Shown here one piece after another: positions 8,341 to 17,700 of a stretch of 32,000 nucleotides of DNA. Location of the stretch: positions 990,001 through 1,022,000 of the forward strand of contig NC_003551.1 of assembly GCF_000007185.1 (NCBI RefSeq), given 5' to 3'. A program made the translations under genes and the position numbers. Source of the stretch: Methanopyrus kandleri AV19 (GTDB lineage: Archaea > JAADCQ01 > Methanopyri > Methanopyrales > Methanopyraceae). The notes below the pieces were generated by a model. It saw only the letters and a list, made by a program, of their open reading frames with translations, had not been told where the DNA came from and ran no database searches. Each line of letters opens with the position of its first letter. The stretch's first letter is position 1.

Positions 8341-9299
8341 ACCGGTAGGTAAGAGAGCCCGAGGAACGTCAGCAGAAGGAAGAACAATCCCGCGATCCCG
8401 ACGGTCCCGATGAAAGGTATCGGTATCCCTAGGGGGGGTGATGGACCCTCCCCGCTCTCCACACCGTTCAGTGGTCTCCGCGTCTCGACGTCTCCCGTCA
8501 CCGGTGCGTCGCAGCGGATCCGGGTCACACCGCCGAGGTCCAGGAACGGTTTGGAAACCGCGACGGCGACGGGGTACCCCTCCAGAGCGGCCTTCCACAA
8601 CTCTTCCGTGAACGCCGCCAGGGAGTCACCGGGTAGGTCTGTCAACAGGACGACCGTGAGGGTACGACCGCGCTTAGAGGACACGATAACCGTCAGCGGG
8701 GAGATAGCGCCGGAGAGTACCGAGTACAACCTGTTCACGACCTCCACGGGCCCGAAGAACTCCAGGATACCGGGGTGAAGGTTGGAAAGGAAGAGATCGT
8801 AAGGGACCAGCAAAAGCTCCCCCACGTCGCTCGTGGACTCGTCGTCCACGACGAAGTAGCGACGAGATCCCTCTTGGACGGCCCCGAGGACGAGTACCGC
8901 GTGGTACACCGAGGGACGGTTCAACAACGAGACCACGGCTACCTCGAACACTTTCGAGGCCGCATCCGAGCCCGCGATCGCCTGGAAGGCGTCGATGATG
9001 TCGAGGTTATCGTCGTCGTGTTCCCCCGTAGCCGAAATCTCGTACTGAAGTGGGGTCACGGGATCGCCGTTCCACCATCCCATGGCGACACCCAAGTTGT
9101 ACATGTCCACCGCGCACGCCTCCGCGCACCAGATCCTGTCAACGCGCCCATCTCCGTCGATATCGGACCCGAAAGAGGTGTTCGGAGCGTCGAACTCCGG
9201 GTCTAAGTAGTAATGACCGGAGACGAACCCTCCCACTCGACCGTGAGCGGGCGTCATCGCGATGGATACCGCGATTATCAGCACGAGGGCGGGCAACAT
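8337..9299 (-). CDS. Secreted, C-terminally membrane-anchored protein of unknown function
   Basis: 320 aa. It has an N-terminal signal peptide (MLPALVLIIAVSIAMTPAHG), a DxDxDG-like motif (SDIDGDGRVD) and a C-terminal PIPF plus TM segment (IGTVGIAGLFFLLLTFLGL). The ATG lies 6 nt after the cbiT stop. Its stop overlaps the lhr stop in a CTAG palindrome. Confidence 0.6.
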   Translation of the reverse strand: MLPALVLIIAVSIAMTPAHGRVGGFVSGHYYLDPEFDAPNTSFGSDIDGDGRVDRIWCAEACAVDMYNLGVAMGWWNGDPVTPLQYEISATGEHDDDNLDIIDAFQAIAGSDAASKVFEVAVVSLLNRPSVYHAVLVLGAVQEGSRRYFVVDDESTSDVGELLLVPYDLFLSNLHPGILEFFGPVEVVNRLYSVLSGAISPLTVIVSSKRGRTLTVVLLTDLPGDSLAAFTEELWKAALEGYPVAVAVSKPFLDLGGVTRIRCDAPVTGDVETRRPLNGVESGEGPSPPLGIPIPFIGTVGIAGLFFLLLTFLGLSYLPV

Positions 9300-9305
9300 T
9301 CGGGT

Positions 9306-9872
9306 TCACCTCTCGGGCTCGAAGAGCGCCAGGTAGGACGTTCTCATCCCCGAGAACAGCGTCCCCCGCCGGAGGACCTTCCCTTCTCCCCACACCATGC
9401 ATAGGCAGGATCGTCTCCAGCCGTCGAGCGCCTTGACCGCCGTGGCGAAGGTCTCGGGTGTGACGGCGTTTAGCAGTATCGCGCGTCGCACGCGCTCGGC
9501 GAGGGCGAGGAGTACCTCTTCCAGCCGCTCGGAACCGGACACGACGGCGGCGTCCACCTCGTCCACGTCCTCCAGGGCCTCGGGGGCCCACCCGCGCACT
9601 ATCTCTATGCGATCCTCCAGGCAGAAGTCCCGGACGTTCCGCTCCAACGATCGGAACGCTTCCTTGTCTCCTTCCACCGCGTACACGCGGCCGAGAGGCC
9701 CTACCGCCCGGGCCAGCTCTAGGGTTAGCGAGCCCGATCCCGCACCGATCTCGAGGATCCTCTCGCCCGGTCGCGGTCGAAGTACGGCCAGCACCGTCGC
9801 TTTCATCACCGGCTTGGTGGGGCCTGGAACACCCTCTGTGACCAAGTCGGAGGGGTCTACGACATTGAACAC
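9306..9872 (-). CDS. cbiT: Cobalt-precorrin-6B C15-methyltransferase (decarboxylating), CbiT
   Basis: It carries the SAM motif ILEIGAGSGSLTLELA, and GVPGPTK near the N-terminus as in CbiT. Starting at GTG 9872 gives 188 aa, which matches the known CbiT length and N-terminal spacing. The ORF-track extension to 10037 is antisense to cbiL. Confidence 0.85.
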   Translation of the reverse strand: MFNVVDPSDLVTEGVPGPTKPVMKATVLAVLRPRPGERILEIGAGSGSLTLELARAVGPLGRVYAVEGDKEAFRSLERNVRDFCLEDRIEIVRGWAPEALEDVDEVDAAVVSGSERLEEVLLALAERVRRAILLNAVTPETFATAVKALDGWRRSCLCMVWGEGKVLRRGTLFSGMRTSYLALFEPER

Positions 9873-10527
9873 GGGAGCACCCACCCTGTACGGAGTGGGC
9901 CTGGGCCCCGGGGATCCCGACCTGCTAACTCGTAAGGCGATCAGGATTATAAAGAAGGTACCCGTCGCGATGGTACCCTTCGTGGGCGCGGAGAGTCGAG
10001 CCGCCAGGGTAGTGCGCGCCGTCGACCCGGAGGCCACCGTGGTCGGTTACCACGCACCGATGACCAGGGACCCGGAGGAACGCGATCGGGCGTACTCGAA
10101 GGCCGCGGAAACCTTGGCGGAACTGCTCGAGCGGTTTCACGAAGTGGCGGTCTGCAACCTCGGAGATCCCACCCTCTACGCCACGTTCTGGCACATCGTG
10201 GAGCGGATCCCACTAGAGGACTTCGAGATAGAGCTGGTCCCCGGAATCCCGGCGGGACTCCTCTGTGCGGCTCGCATCGGCCGCCCCTTAGCGATGGAGA
10301 GTGACAAGGTCCTAATCTGCACTCGGGAACCGCCAGAAGACCTCGAAGGCATGGATACGGTGATACTCTATAAACCAACCCGGCGAGGCGTCGAAAGGCT
10401 TCTCAGGGAGGGGTTCGAGGTCTACGCGTGTCGGGAGCTGGGGTTCGAGGGAGAGCGAGTGGAGCGCGTAAACGGGGCCGAGTTCGAGCCCAGTTACCTG
10501 TGCACGATAGTCGCCCTCCGGCCCTGA
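9865..10527 (+). CDS. cbiL: Cobalt-factor II / precorrin-2 C20-methyltransferase, CbiL
   Basis: The tetrapyrrole methylase N-terminus LYGVGLGPGDPDLLT is present. The nearest start is TTG 9865, with GGAGG at 9849-9853, giving 220 aa. The ORF-track part from 9397 to 9864 is antisense to cbiT and low-complexity. Confidence 0.85.
   Translation: MNTGAPTLYGVGLGPGDPDLLTRKAIRIIKKVPVAMVPFVGAESRAARVVRAVDPEATVVGYHAPMTRDPEERDRAYSKAAETLAELLERFHEVAVCNLGDPTLYATFWHIVERIPLEDFEIELVPGIPAGLLCAARIGRPLAMESDKVLICTREPPEDLEGMDTVILYKPTRRGVERLLREGFEVYACRELGFEGERVERVNGAEFEPSYLCTIVALRP
9946..9954 (-). promoter_or_regulatory. Candidate TATA box (CTTTATAAT on the minus strand) for cbiT, embedded in cbiL coding sequence
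   Basis: This is the only strongly AT-rich element near the head-to-head junction. It lies about 75-80 nt upstream of the cbiT GTG. Confidence 0.25.
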
Positions 10528-10558
10528 GATACCAGGGCGGGGGCCGGGTTTTTACCCG

Positions 10559-13081
10559 GTGACTACCCGGGAGGTTCGGGGGCGAGGGTTGCTCCGTACA
10601 GTGTGGGTAGATTACGCCAGGAAAGGCGAACCCGATGTCATCTTAGTCGGTCGGCGGGAGGACGGGAACCCAGCTGCCCTCGTCGTTAAGGGGTTTCGTC
10701 CCTACTTCTACGCGGAGGTGGAGGACGGGTTCGATCCGTCCGAGGTGGAGCGTCTGAGCGGTGTGGTGGAGGTCGAAGAAGTCCTGTTGGAGCACCCCTA
10801 CGGCGGCGACCGGGTGGAGCTCCTACGGATCGTCGCCACGTACCCCAAGGTCGTCCCCAAACTGCGCGAGCAGGTCAAGAAGCTGGACGGCGTGAAGGAG
10901 GTCTACGAGGCGGACATCCCCTTCGTGCGCCGTGCCGCCGTCGACCTCAACTTGCCGCCGGCGTCCGAGGTCGACGTCTCCGACCTGGACACGGGGTCCT
11001 GGTCCGGACTTCCCGCGTACTTCGCGGACGTCGAGGACGCCCGTGAGTTGGACCACCGCCCCTACCCGATCGAGGACCTCGTCGTCGCCAGCTTCGACCT
11101 CGAGGTGCTGGCGGAACCCGGAACGACGATCAAGGGAGCCTCGGGCCCCATCATCGCCATCAGCTTCGCGTACAGTACGCCTGACGGGGAGCGCCGTAAC
11201 TACGTGATTACCTGGAAAGGAGAGGACGAGTCGTTCGAAGTGGACGGGGTGGAAACCGAGGTCATCGTGTGTAGGTCGGAAGCCGCCGCGCTGCGGAGGT
11301 TCTTCGACGAGTTCCGCCGCGTTGATCCCGACGTGGTGTTCACATACAACGGGGACGAGTTCGACCTGCCGTACCTGCAACACCGGGCCGGGAAGCTGGG
11401 TATCGACGTCTCGCCCCTGGCGCGGCCGGCGGGCAAGCGTGGGATCATACTGAAGCACGGGGGCGGCCGTTATGCCTCCGATATTTTCGGACGGGCCCAC
11501 GTCGACCTGTACCACACGGCGAGGAAGAACCTCAAGCTGGAACGCTTCACGCTCGAGGAGGCCGTCAAGGACGTGCTCGGTGTAGAGAAGGAGGAGATGG
11601 AGCTAGCCGACATCAACGAGGCCTGGAAGCGCGGTAATCTGGACGAACTGATGAGGTACTCGGCTGAGGATGCCCACTACACCTTAGAGTTGGGGCTCGA
11701 GCTGGCGCAGGTCGAGTTGGAGCTCTCCTACCTGACACGGCTGCCGCTGCCGGATGCGACCCGCTTCAGCTTCGGACAGCTCGCGGAGTGGAGGGCCATC
11801 TACAAGGCGCGCCAGGAGGACATCCTGGTACCGAACAAACCGACTCGAGATGAGTACAAGCGGCGGCGTCGCAAGGCGTACAAGGGCGCGATAGTGTTCG
11901 AGCCCGAGATAGGGCTCCACGAGAACGTGGTCTGCGTGGACTTCGCCAGCCTGTACCCCAACGTGATGGTCGCGCACAATATCTCGCCCGACACGTTCGA
12001 CTGCGACTGTTGTCCGCGTGTGACCGTCGAGGAGGTGGACGACCCCACGGACGCGACCGTGGCACCGGACGTGGGCCACAAGTTCTGCAAGCGGCGTAAG
12101 GGGTTCTTCCCCCGGCTCGTAGAGGGACTCATCGAACGCCGGCGTGAGCTCAAGCGCCGCCTCCGGAAGCTCGATACCGAGTCGCATCCTCACGAGGCTA
12201 AGATCCTCGACGTACGACAGCAGGCGTACAAGGTCCTGGCCAACAGCTACTACGGTTACATGGGCTGGGCTAACGCGCGCTGGTTCTGCCGCGAGTGTGC
12301 CGAGAGTGTTACCGCTTGGGGTCGCTACTACATCAGCGAGGTTCGAAGGATCGCGGAGGAGAAGTACGGGTTGAAGGTCGTGTACGGGGACACCGACTCG
12401 CTGTTCGTGAAGCTGCCCGACGCGGACTTGGAGGAAACCATCGAGCGGGTGAAGGAGTTCCTGAAAGAGGTCAACGGCCGCCTCCCCGTGGAACTAGAGC
12501 TGGAGGACGCCTACAAGAGGATCCTGTTCGTGACCAAGAAGAAGTACGCCGGGTACACCGAGGACGGGAAGATCGTTACGAAAGGTCTGGAGGTGGTCCG
12601 ACGGGATTGGGCGCCTATCGCCAGGGAGACGCAGCGTCGAGTCTTGAAGCGGATCCTAGCCGACAACGACCCGGAGGCGGCGCTGAAGGAGATCCATGAG
12701 GTCCTCGAGAGGCTGAAGTCGGGCGACGTCGACATCGACGAGCTCGCGGTCACGTCCCAGCTCACGAAGAAGCCCTCGGAGTACGTTCAGAAGGGTCCCC
12801 ACGTCAGGGCCGCGCTACGGCTCGCTCGACACCTCGGAGTGGAGCCCGAACCGGGTACCATCGTGAGGTACGTCATCGTCCGCGGTCCCGGTAGCGTCAG
12901 CGACAAGGCGTACCCGGTGGAACTGGTGCGGGAAGAGGGGAAAGAGCCCGACGTCGATTACTACATCGAGCACCAGATACTACCGGCCGTGGAGCGGATC
13001 ATGCGGGCGATAGGTTATTCCCGCGGGCAGATCGTCGGTGAGACGGCCTCACAGAAGACGCTGGATCAGTTCTTCGGCTGA
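10559..13081 (+). CDS. polB: Family B DNA polymerase (PolB)
   Basis: 840 aa. Exonuclease motifs are FDLEV, YNGDEFDLPYL and YSAEDAHYT. Polymerase motifs are DFASLYPNVMVAHNISPDT, KVLANSYYGYMG and YGDTDS. No intein is present. The start is ambiguous: GTG 10559, or TTG 10589 after a TTTTTA box at 10549-10554. Confidence 0.95.
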   Translation: MTTREVRGRGLLRTVWVDYARKGEPDVILVGRREDGNPAALVVKGFRPYFYAEVEDGFDPSEVERLSGVVEVEEVLLEHPYGGDRVELLRIVATYPKVVPKLREQVKKLDGVKEVYEADIPFVRRAAVDLNLPPASEVDVSDLDTGSWSGLPAYFADVEDARELDHRPYPIEDLVVASFDLEVLAEPGTTIKGASGPIIAISFAYSTPDGERRNYVITWKGEDESFEVDGVETEVIVCRSEAAALRRFFDEFRRVDPDVVFTYNGDEFDLPYLQHRAGKLGIDVSPLARPAGKRGIILKHGGGRYASDIFGRAHVDLYHTARKNLKLERFTLEEAVKDVLGVEKEEMELADINEAWKRGNLDELMRYSAEDAHYTLELGLELAQVELELSYLTRLPLPDATRFSFGQLAEWRAIYKARQEDILVPNKPTRDEYKRRRRKAYKGAIVFEPEIGLHENVVCVDFASLYPNVMVAHNISPDTFDCDCCPRVTVEEVDDPTDATVAPDVGHKFCKRRKGFFPRLVEGLIERRRELKRRLRKLDTESHPHEAKILDVRQQAYKVLANSYYGYMGWANARWFCRECAESVTAWGRYYISEVRRIAEEKYGLKVVYGDTDSLFVKLPDADLEETIERVKEFLKEVNGRLPVELELEDAYKRILFVTKKKYAGYTEDGKIVTKGLEVVRRDWAPIARETQRRVLKRILADNDPEAALKEIHEVLERLKSGDVDIDELAVTSQLTKKPSEYVQKGPHVRAALRLARHLGVEPEPGTIVRYVIVRGPGSVSDKAYPVELVREEGKEPDVDYYIEHQILPAVERIMRAIGYSRGQIVGETASQKTLDQFFG

Positions 13082-13104
13082 CGGGATGACGAGAGCACCC
13101 CTAA

Positions 13105-13803
13105 GTGATCGGTGATCGGCTTCACCCTGGCCGACCGTGGGTGTTCTCCTTGCGAGTGGCCATCCTGGACGGGTACACGGATGAGCCGGCGGGTCTAGGT
13201 GTACCACCCTACCTCGGGACCCACCCCCGGTACGCCTACGGCGCGGCCCGGGCCGCGGGAGCCACTGAGGTGCGGTACGTGCCCGTCGAGCGGGTGAGGT
13301 CGGGCGACGTCGACCTGAACCGCTTCGACGTCGTGGTGGGCATCTGCGGGGTGCACACGCCGGGGAAGTACCTCGGCGCCCGGCCGGCGGACCTCTCCGA
13401 GATGCTCCGTATCCTCAGTGAGGTCGACGCCGTCACGGTCCTAGGTGGGCCGGCGGCTCAGTCCGGACACGGTCGGGTCGGCGGTGAGCTACCCGAGACC
13501 GAAGTCGAGGGTGTGGACGTGATCGCCCGGGGCGACGTCGAGGCCGTGGTGTACGACCTCGTTTCCGAGGGCTCGCCCGAAGCCGTCGACCCCGACCGGA
13601 GGCGATCGATCGAGGAGCTCCGGGAGTACTCCGTGAAGGGAGCACCCGCGGCCCGCGAGCACGTGGACTACCCCGATGCCGTGATCGCGGAGTTGGAGAC
13701 CTACCGAGGTTGCCCCCGTTTCCTGTCCGGTGGGTGCTCGTTCTGCACCGAGGTCCCTAGGTACGGCGAGCCCGGAGTTCAGACCGCCGGAGGACGTCGT
13801 TGA
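13105..13803 (+). CDS. Radical SAM protein (archaeal family with C-terminal HhH), N-terminal segment up to the Fe-S cysteine motif; frame broken
   Basis: The N-terminal flavodoxin/B12-like domain (VAILDGYTDEPAGLGVPPYLG) is followed by YRGCPRFLSGGCSFCTEVPRYGEP. The sequence then degenerates (GVQTAGGRR) and stops. Confidence 0.7.
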   Translation: MIGDRLHPGRPWVFSLRVAILDGYTDEPAGLGVPPYLGTHPRYAYGAARAAGATEVRYVPVERVRSGDVDLNRFDVVVGICGVHTPGKYLGARPADLSEMLRILSEVDAVTVLGGPAAQSGHGRVGGELPETEVEGVDVIARGDVEAVVYDLVSEGSPEAVDPDRRRSIEELREYSVKGAPAAREHVDYPDAVIAELETYRGCPRFLSGGCSFCTEVPRYGEPGVQTAGGRR

Positions 13804-14791
13804 GGAGGTGAAAGCGCTGTACAAGGTAGGTGTCCGCAGGTTCCGGGTCGGACGACAACCTTGCGTGTTCTCCTACATGGCCGAGGGGATCGGGGAGACC
13901 GAGCGACCCCGGCCGAACCCCGAGGCGGTGGAGAAGCTCTTCCGGGGGATCTGCACGGTCGCCCCCGACCTCGTGACGCTCCACGTGGACAACGCGAACC
14001 CGGCGGTGATCGCGGAGCATCCCGTCGAATCCCGGGAGATCGCGAAGGTGTTGGTCCGTTACGGCACCCCCGGCAACGTCGTGGCCTTCGGCGTCGAGAC
14101 CTTCGACGAGCGGGTGGCGAGGAAGAACAACCTGAACGTGGAGTCCAAGGAGGAGGTCTTCCGGGCCATCGAGGTGGTGGCCTCCGTAGGCGGGTACCGC
14201 GGCTGGAACGGGATGCCGTATCTCCTGCCGGGGCTCAACTTCGTGTGCGGTCTCATCGGTGAGAACAGGGAGCGTTACCGTCGCGACGAGGAGGTCCTTC
14301 GGGAGCTGGTGGAACGTGGTCTTCGGGTGCGCCGGATCAACGTCAGGAACGTCGTACCCTTCCCGGGCACAGAGATGGGGGAACACGGTACGAAGTGGCT
14401 CGAACGCAACAGGGAACGGGTGGCCGCGTTCAAGCGCTTCGTCCGGGAAGAGGTGGATCCCGTCCTGCTCCGCCGGGTGCTACCGAAGGGCACCGTCCTG
14501 AGGCGCCTCCGGGTGGAACCCAGAGAACCGGAGTTCGCGCGGCAGGTGGGCTCTTACCCCGTGGCCTGCAGACTACTCGCCGAGCGGGAACCCGGTGAGT
14601 GGGTCGACGGCCTGGTGGTAGGTCACGGGGCTCGTTCCGTCGAGGTGATCCCGCTGCCGGTACGGCGGGAGGACGGTCCGGACGTCCTCGCCAAGCTACC
14701 CGGGGTCGGTAAGAAGGAGGCTCTGGATGCCTTCCTCAAGGGCCGAAGGCCGCGGGTCCCCTATGCCCTGCGGTCCTGGTTCGCGTTCTGA
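13775..14791 (+). CDS. Radical SAM protein, C-terminal segment (continuation in the +1 frame) ending in an HhH motif
   Basis: Frame 2 resumes exactly where expected after the Cys motif (EFRPPEDVVEEVKALYKVGVRRFRVG...). It continues through the TIM-barrel part and a C-terminal LAKLPGVGKKEALDAF HhH. The ORF-track start is 13730. Confidence 0.7.
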   Translation, partial: EFRPPEDVVEEVKALYKVGVRRFRVGRQPCVFSYMAEGIGETERPRPNPEAVEKLFRGICTVAPDLVTLHVDNANPAVIAEHPVESREIAKVLVRYGTPGNVVAFGVETFDERVARKNNLNVESKEEVFRAIEVVASVGGYRGWNGMPYLLPGLNFVCGLIGENRERYRRDEEVLRELVERGLRVRRINVRNVVPFPGTEMGEHGTKWLERNRERVAAFKRFVREEVDPVLLRRVLPKGTVLRRLRVEPREPEFARQVGSYPVACRLLAEREPGEWVDGLVVGHGARSVEVIPLPVRREDGPDVLAKLPGVGKKEALDAFLKGRRPRVPYALRSWFAF

Positions 14792-14792
14792 A

Positions 14793-17700
14793 TCACCAGT
14801 TCCACCTACGGAACTGCCGCCGCGCCCAAAGGACCACGATCATCGACGCGGCCAGTAACCCCACTACCCACTCCCAGATAACCCTAGGCGCGGGAGCACT
14901 CTCCCGGACCATTGCCCTCGCCTCGGACTCCTTCGCGGCCTCCGACTTCAAGGGGACGGCTCGACAGCCGGATCCCGAAGTACCTCCCGTCGAGATCGCT
15001 CCTCCGACCGGTAGGCGACCGTGGAAGATCACCCCGGTCGTAGACACCAGCTCCGACGCCCTCGACACCGACCCCGAGGGGAGGTTACCCACCTCGAGGT
15101 TGTTCGCTCGAGGCGATTCTACGAATTCTACCGCCCGTAAGGATCGAGGGGAAACGGATCGTGGTTCTACCGCGCGGTAGGATGCCCTGCTTCTGGTGAC
15201 GATCATCCTGATCATTTCCGCGACTACCTTGGGGTTGTCCAGCGTACGGTACGCCCGAACGATATCGGGGAGCATCTTCAGGACGTCGTTGAGACCCAGG
15301 GACGCCGCCAGGTTCCGGACGAACGGCACCGTGGACGGGTTCAGGCTCGTGTGGTGGCACGTGGAGGGACCGTACCGTGCCGTGACTTCCGCCCAGGCCC
15401 TGACTAGGGCCTTGAGGGTGTTCCGGTCCGGCTTCCACAGACCCACACGCACCGCCTCCACGAGCCACGAGAGCGTCGACTGTACCTCGGCCCAACCCTT
15501 CGGGGTCGACGGTCGGTAGCGTTCGAGCGCCGACAGTATCGTCGACGCCACCTCGGTCAGCAACGTCTGAACCATCGGTCTGACCTGGGTCGTCGTCACC
15601 GCGATGCCGACGATGTTCTGCACGCGCTTCATCACCTCGTGCCATCCCACGTCCGGTCCGTGGGCCATCAGTGCCTCCCACCAGCTCGGGCTCAGCAGTT
15701 CCGTCCGCACCTCGATCGCCAGCCGCTCCGCCAGGGTTTGTACGTGCGCGGTGGTCGGATCGCGGGCCACCGTCAGGAACACTAGTGGCTCCTTCTTCCT
15801 GATCAACCGCACGTACGTCACCATCCCGCCGATCCAGGAGTAGTAGTCGTTCACGTCGATCACGTTGAACGCGTTCACCACCTGATCTATCACCGCGTCC
15901 ACGGTGCTCGCGAGGTACCGGAAGACCTTCACGGCCTTAACTGCGGCCTCGTACCCAGTCAGCTCCTCTCGAAGCAGCTTGGAGCCGTTCGGGTTACCCG
16001 TGACGGTGAAGGCGTACGCCACCCTGGACTCGAAGATTTCCGCGATCTTCTCCGAGAACCGCGCGTCGACGGTCCCCGCGCCGTCGATCCCCAGGCCCTT
16101 CGTGAGCTCGGACCAGCCCAGCTCCACCAGACGGTTGACACCGGTTCCCTGGATATCGCCCGGTGGCTCCCCGAACACCCCGGTGGCCGCCAGCGGCTCC
16201 GGTACCCCGAGCTTTAGGAGCTCGAGATAGTGCTTCCTACGGTGGTTGTACGCGAGGGGCTCCTCCGCGTCGGAGGCGAGCCGGAAGGCGGCGGCCAGCA
16301 GTTGGACCACCGGCTCGATGGAGTCCAGGACGGCCGTGCAGAGCGCTACCACGTCGATCCTCGGTCGGTTGATCCACCGGTTACCGACCTTCACCTTCAG
16401 CTCGTCCAGCGGGATCAGCTCCACTCCCAGAACTTTGCCGCTGTTCGGGTCCCAGACGGGCTTGACGCCTAGGAGGTACAAGACCTGTGCTATTCCTAAC
16501 CCGCCGGACGTCAGCTCGTGTGATGCGAAGAGCACGATGGGAACGGTCTCGGGCCACCTACCGTATACGCGGTAGTATCGGGCCAGGAAGTCGTCCATGA
16601 GACGCTTAGCGACCTCCCAGGCTTCTGGAGTGGGAAGGGTATACGGGTCGAACGGTACGCCGTTCCGTCCGGTGGGATAGGCCTTGGGGTTCCACAGGGG
16701 CTCCCCGAACCCTCCGGTCGGGACGTGCCCGCCCCTCAGGAAGTTGACGAGATTGTCCAGCTCGTACTCACCGGATTCGTACACGTGAACGAACTCTCTA
16801 AAGGCCTCGGCTATAAGCTTAATAATGTCCTGATCGTACTGATTCGTGACCTCCCATAGACCTATTTTTAACAACGACTGTCGGTACAATCCTAACAAAT
16901 TGAGCTTAAATCGTTGCAGTATGGTGTCCGCTTTTGAGAGCAGTGACGCGTCGTCTCGTAGCTCACCTTCGTCCTTGAGCTCGACCCACTGGAGTAAAAC
17001 CGACCGCAGGTAGGGGTCGTTCCAGATTTCGTGGAGCATCGAGCGGAGCAGCTCGTACGTCCGGATCTTGACATCCTGGTAGAAGTCGGGGTTCTCGTCC
17101 GCTAACCTGCGGAACAGCTCCAGGTCGGCCTTGGGGGTTAACCCCGTCGTGACCGCCAAGTAGGGGGCGAACCGCGGTGCGAAGAGCAACGCCGCCTCCT
17201 CTACAGCGAGCTCGACCGGGAGGTCCTCACCGATGACGTGCAGACCGTAGAACGATTTCTCGTCTCGGAGCGCCAGCAGGTAATCGTGCAGGGCGTCGAG
17301 GAACTCCTCCAGGTGTCGCTCGGCCCAGGACTCGGGATCCTCCGGAGGGCTCTCCCCACGCTCGGCGAAGATGGACTTCACGACGTCCTCGAGGATCCCC
17401 AGCTCCCTCGCCTTCTTCAGGATCTTCTCCGCGATAACCTTCCGTACGGCCGGATCGCCGCCGTATATCGAGGAGCTCACGTACTGCGACCACAACCGCT
17501 CCAGCTCCGCGTATTTGCGAAAGTCCTTGAAATACCCGGATGGAGGGGACGGATACGTCAGGATCACGGCCCCGCCCCGGTACTTCGCCAGCGTCCCTTC
17601 ACCCGGGTTGCTCACAATGTAGAAGTACGCCTGGGGGACGTCCGGGAGCAGCAAGTGCGTCCAGTCCGTGACCGTGAGTCCGCGGTCGTGGCCCGGTAGG

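Noticed and set aside
9397-10037. Long ORF-track extensions of cbiL (from 9397) and cbiT (to 10037), each running through the other gene
   Set aside because: The extensions are low-complexity (S/T/R/A-rich) and antisense to well-conserved methyltransferase sequence. Known family N-termini fix the starts near 9865 and 9872.
10549-10554. TTTTTA box just before polB as its promoter
   Set aside because: It is only 5 nt from GTG 10559, so it cannot serve that start. It could work only with the alternative TTG 10589. I recorded this under the polB feature as start-site uncertainty rather than as a supported promoter.
10823-11515. 230-aa minus-strand ORF inside polB, plus several smaller ones between 11200 and 12765
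   Set aside because: They are antisense shadow ORFs opposite an unmistakable family-B polymerase, and they carry no motifs.
13757-14386. 209-aa minus-strand ORF opposite the radical SAM gene
   Set aside because: It is an antisense shadow ORF with H/P/R/D-rich composition. The plus strand is recognisable.
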